Positions 63,929-64,000 of a DNA stretch of 64,000 nucleotides are shown here, piece by piece; within the stretch, counting starts at the first letter, position 1, and each line of letters opens with the position of its first letter. The DNA is from Eledone cirrhosa. Lineage: Eukaryota. The DNA is taken from assembly GCA_964016885.1 (NCBI GenBank), contig OZ024741.1, forward strand, positions 64,852,001 to 64,916,000, given 5' to 3'. Under the pieces are notes generated by a model. The model was not told where the DNA came from and made no database searches. It saw only the letters and a program-made list of their open reading frames with translations. A program made the translations under genes and the position numbers.

Positions 63929-64000
63929 ATTATTTCTAATGAAATCCAGTGCCTATGATTTTTATATAATTTTGAAATTTACCATGAATTCAGAGCATAA

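Noticed and set aside
58600-64000. Host gene exons or short ORFs in the unique flank
   Set aside because: No recognisable protein motif; the short ORFs overlap SINEs or homopolymers. A small exon cannot be excluded without RNA-seq.

Overview
Eukaryotic, animal-type DNA. The SINE, RTE and Penelope content suggests a cephalopod or other mollusc (inference). Positions 1-~58500 are one giant interrupted (TA)n field with a 200-N gap at 39202-39401. Embedded in it are about 30 retroelement insertions: three coding Penelope-like elements (PLEs; one with an intact RT-GIY-YIG ORF and upstream ORFs, two decayed), many PLE pseudo-LTR (pLTR) or non-autonomous units, CR1-like LINEs and RTE LINEs (one with a PHD finger). 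The last ~5.5 kb is ordinary intergenic or intronic DNA with SINEs and MITEs. I recognise no host gene, and the long Tyr/Ile ORFs are microsatellite translations. About nine distinct PLE-type repeat families here carry a hammerhead ribozyme (HHR) motif. The most unusual, at 31841, 32499 and 49324, has the hammerhead core strands in a scrambled, non-circularly-permuted order plus a consensus kink-turn, with compensatory changes between copies. Also notable are HHR-like motifs with ~30-115 nt stem II inserts and a U_UUU_UUA -1 frameshift candidate linking a PLE upstream ORF to its RT. All RNA folds were derived by eye and are untested.
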